DNA of 64,000 bases from Eledone cirrhosa. Taxonomy: Eukaryota. Made by a program: the position numbers and the translations under genes. Where the stretch lies: positions 61,814,001 to 61,878,000 of the forward strand of contig OZ024742.1 in the NCBI GenBank assembly GCA_964016885.1, written 5' to 3'. The notes below the pieces were generated by a model. That model saw only the letters and a program-made list of their open reading frames with translations. It was not told the DNA's origin and searched no databases. Within the stretch, counting starts at the first letter, position 1; the number at the start of each line of letters is the position of its first letter. Positions 62,936-64,000 of the stretch are shown one piece after another.

Positions 62936-64000
62936 ATCTTTGTTTCATGCTTGCTTCCGTATACATGTTAGAAATATAGCACAATTAACAGTAAGTTCAA
63001 ATGAAGGTTGAATATATTTTCTCTCTCTTACTCTTTCACTCATTCTTTCTCCCTCACTCTACCTCTCTCTCTCTCCCTCTCTCTCTCCCTCTCTCTCTCT
63101 CTCTCTTTCTCTACATTTAAGTATATATACACATATAGTGTATGTGTGTTTGTACGTATGCATGAGCGCGTGTGTATGTATTTATATATATATATACTTC
63201 TATTTGCCATGGAGACAGTCCTTCAATTTCTTTTATATATATTGTATTGTGCACACTACAAGTTGTCTGACTAAAATCCTATATTGGCTTTTACTTATAT
63301 TTCCAATCTGACGTATTGGATATATAAATATCAGAGAACGGAAGTTTCTCATTATTATCTATCGTCTGTTATTAGTGATATTTTCAATGCTTTAAATAAG
63401 AATGGCTTTTTGCCTTTTGTCATCGCCGCATTGGTAAATAAGCTAAACGAATGCTTTTGTCATTGCAGCAATGCTAAATTAGTTAAATGAAATTTTTTTT
63501 TGTATATATACATATATATATATATGTGGGAGGGGGGGGGGGATATCATGACTGCAATGGTTGGTAAATTAGCTAAACGAAACCTTTGTTCAATATATCT
63601 ATGATACGGCGCGACGTTTAGAACATAGTCTGTGTGGCGTCATCAGGCGGTGTGGGAAAACCTGTAGGAAATCAAGCAGAAACTAGTTGCGAATCGAGAA
63701 GACAAAGGGGGAGATAATTAGTTGAGCGTTTCACTGAATTAAACTCCGTATCTTTGAATTATATAACAAAGCTAAATTAACATTTCAGTTCGTTTGTGGT
63801 CTATAAAACAAAATGAACTCTATTGATGGTATGTCTGTCTGGATTGTTGAAGAGTGAGTTATACATAAGGCTGATGGTCGATCCTCCGTCGGTTTCGGTG
63901 TTAAGTATTCAGTTATTCTGTCAAATAAATATCAGACTCATGAATTAACGTGTACGTGGTTGATTATTCCTTTATACGTACAGTTCATTTGAATCAGAGT

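Noticed and set aside
63605-63655. Minus-strand CTGATGA...TAAACGTC considered as a hammerhead
   Set aside because: The GAAA box is mutated and there is no credible stem II.

Overview
Repeat-dominated, AT-rich eukaryotic (animal) DNA with no convincing host protein-coding gene. The microsatellite load and the SINE/LINE types suggest a cephalopod (octopus-like) intron or intergenic region, but this is an inference. Contents: one intact R4/Dong-clade RLE retrotransposon ORF (11130-14522) plus degenerate relatives, many Tx1/L1-clade LINE copies, two Penelope-like RT+GIY-YIG elements, a decayed RTE (Expander/Rex3-like) LINE with a nested Tc1/mariner remnant, tandem non-autonomous Helitrons, many tRNA-derived SINEs, and several hammerhead-ribozyme-like motifs. 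The most notable structure is a microsatellite-based insertion ecosystem. (i) A (TAA)n hotspot at 11-21.7 kb holds Dong copies always on + and Tx1 copies always on -. (ii) Five Tx1 copies are stacked head-to-tail at 53.4-60.2 kb, separated by (GATA)n, and capped by an inverted ORF1 segment with twin-priming geometry. (iii) A (TAA)-tailed SINE family has a 3' terminus resembling the Tx1 3' terminus. Most short ORFs in the track are microsatellite or antisense artefacts. Boundaries were read by eye and are approximate.
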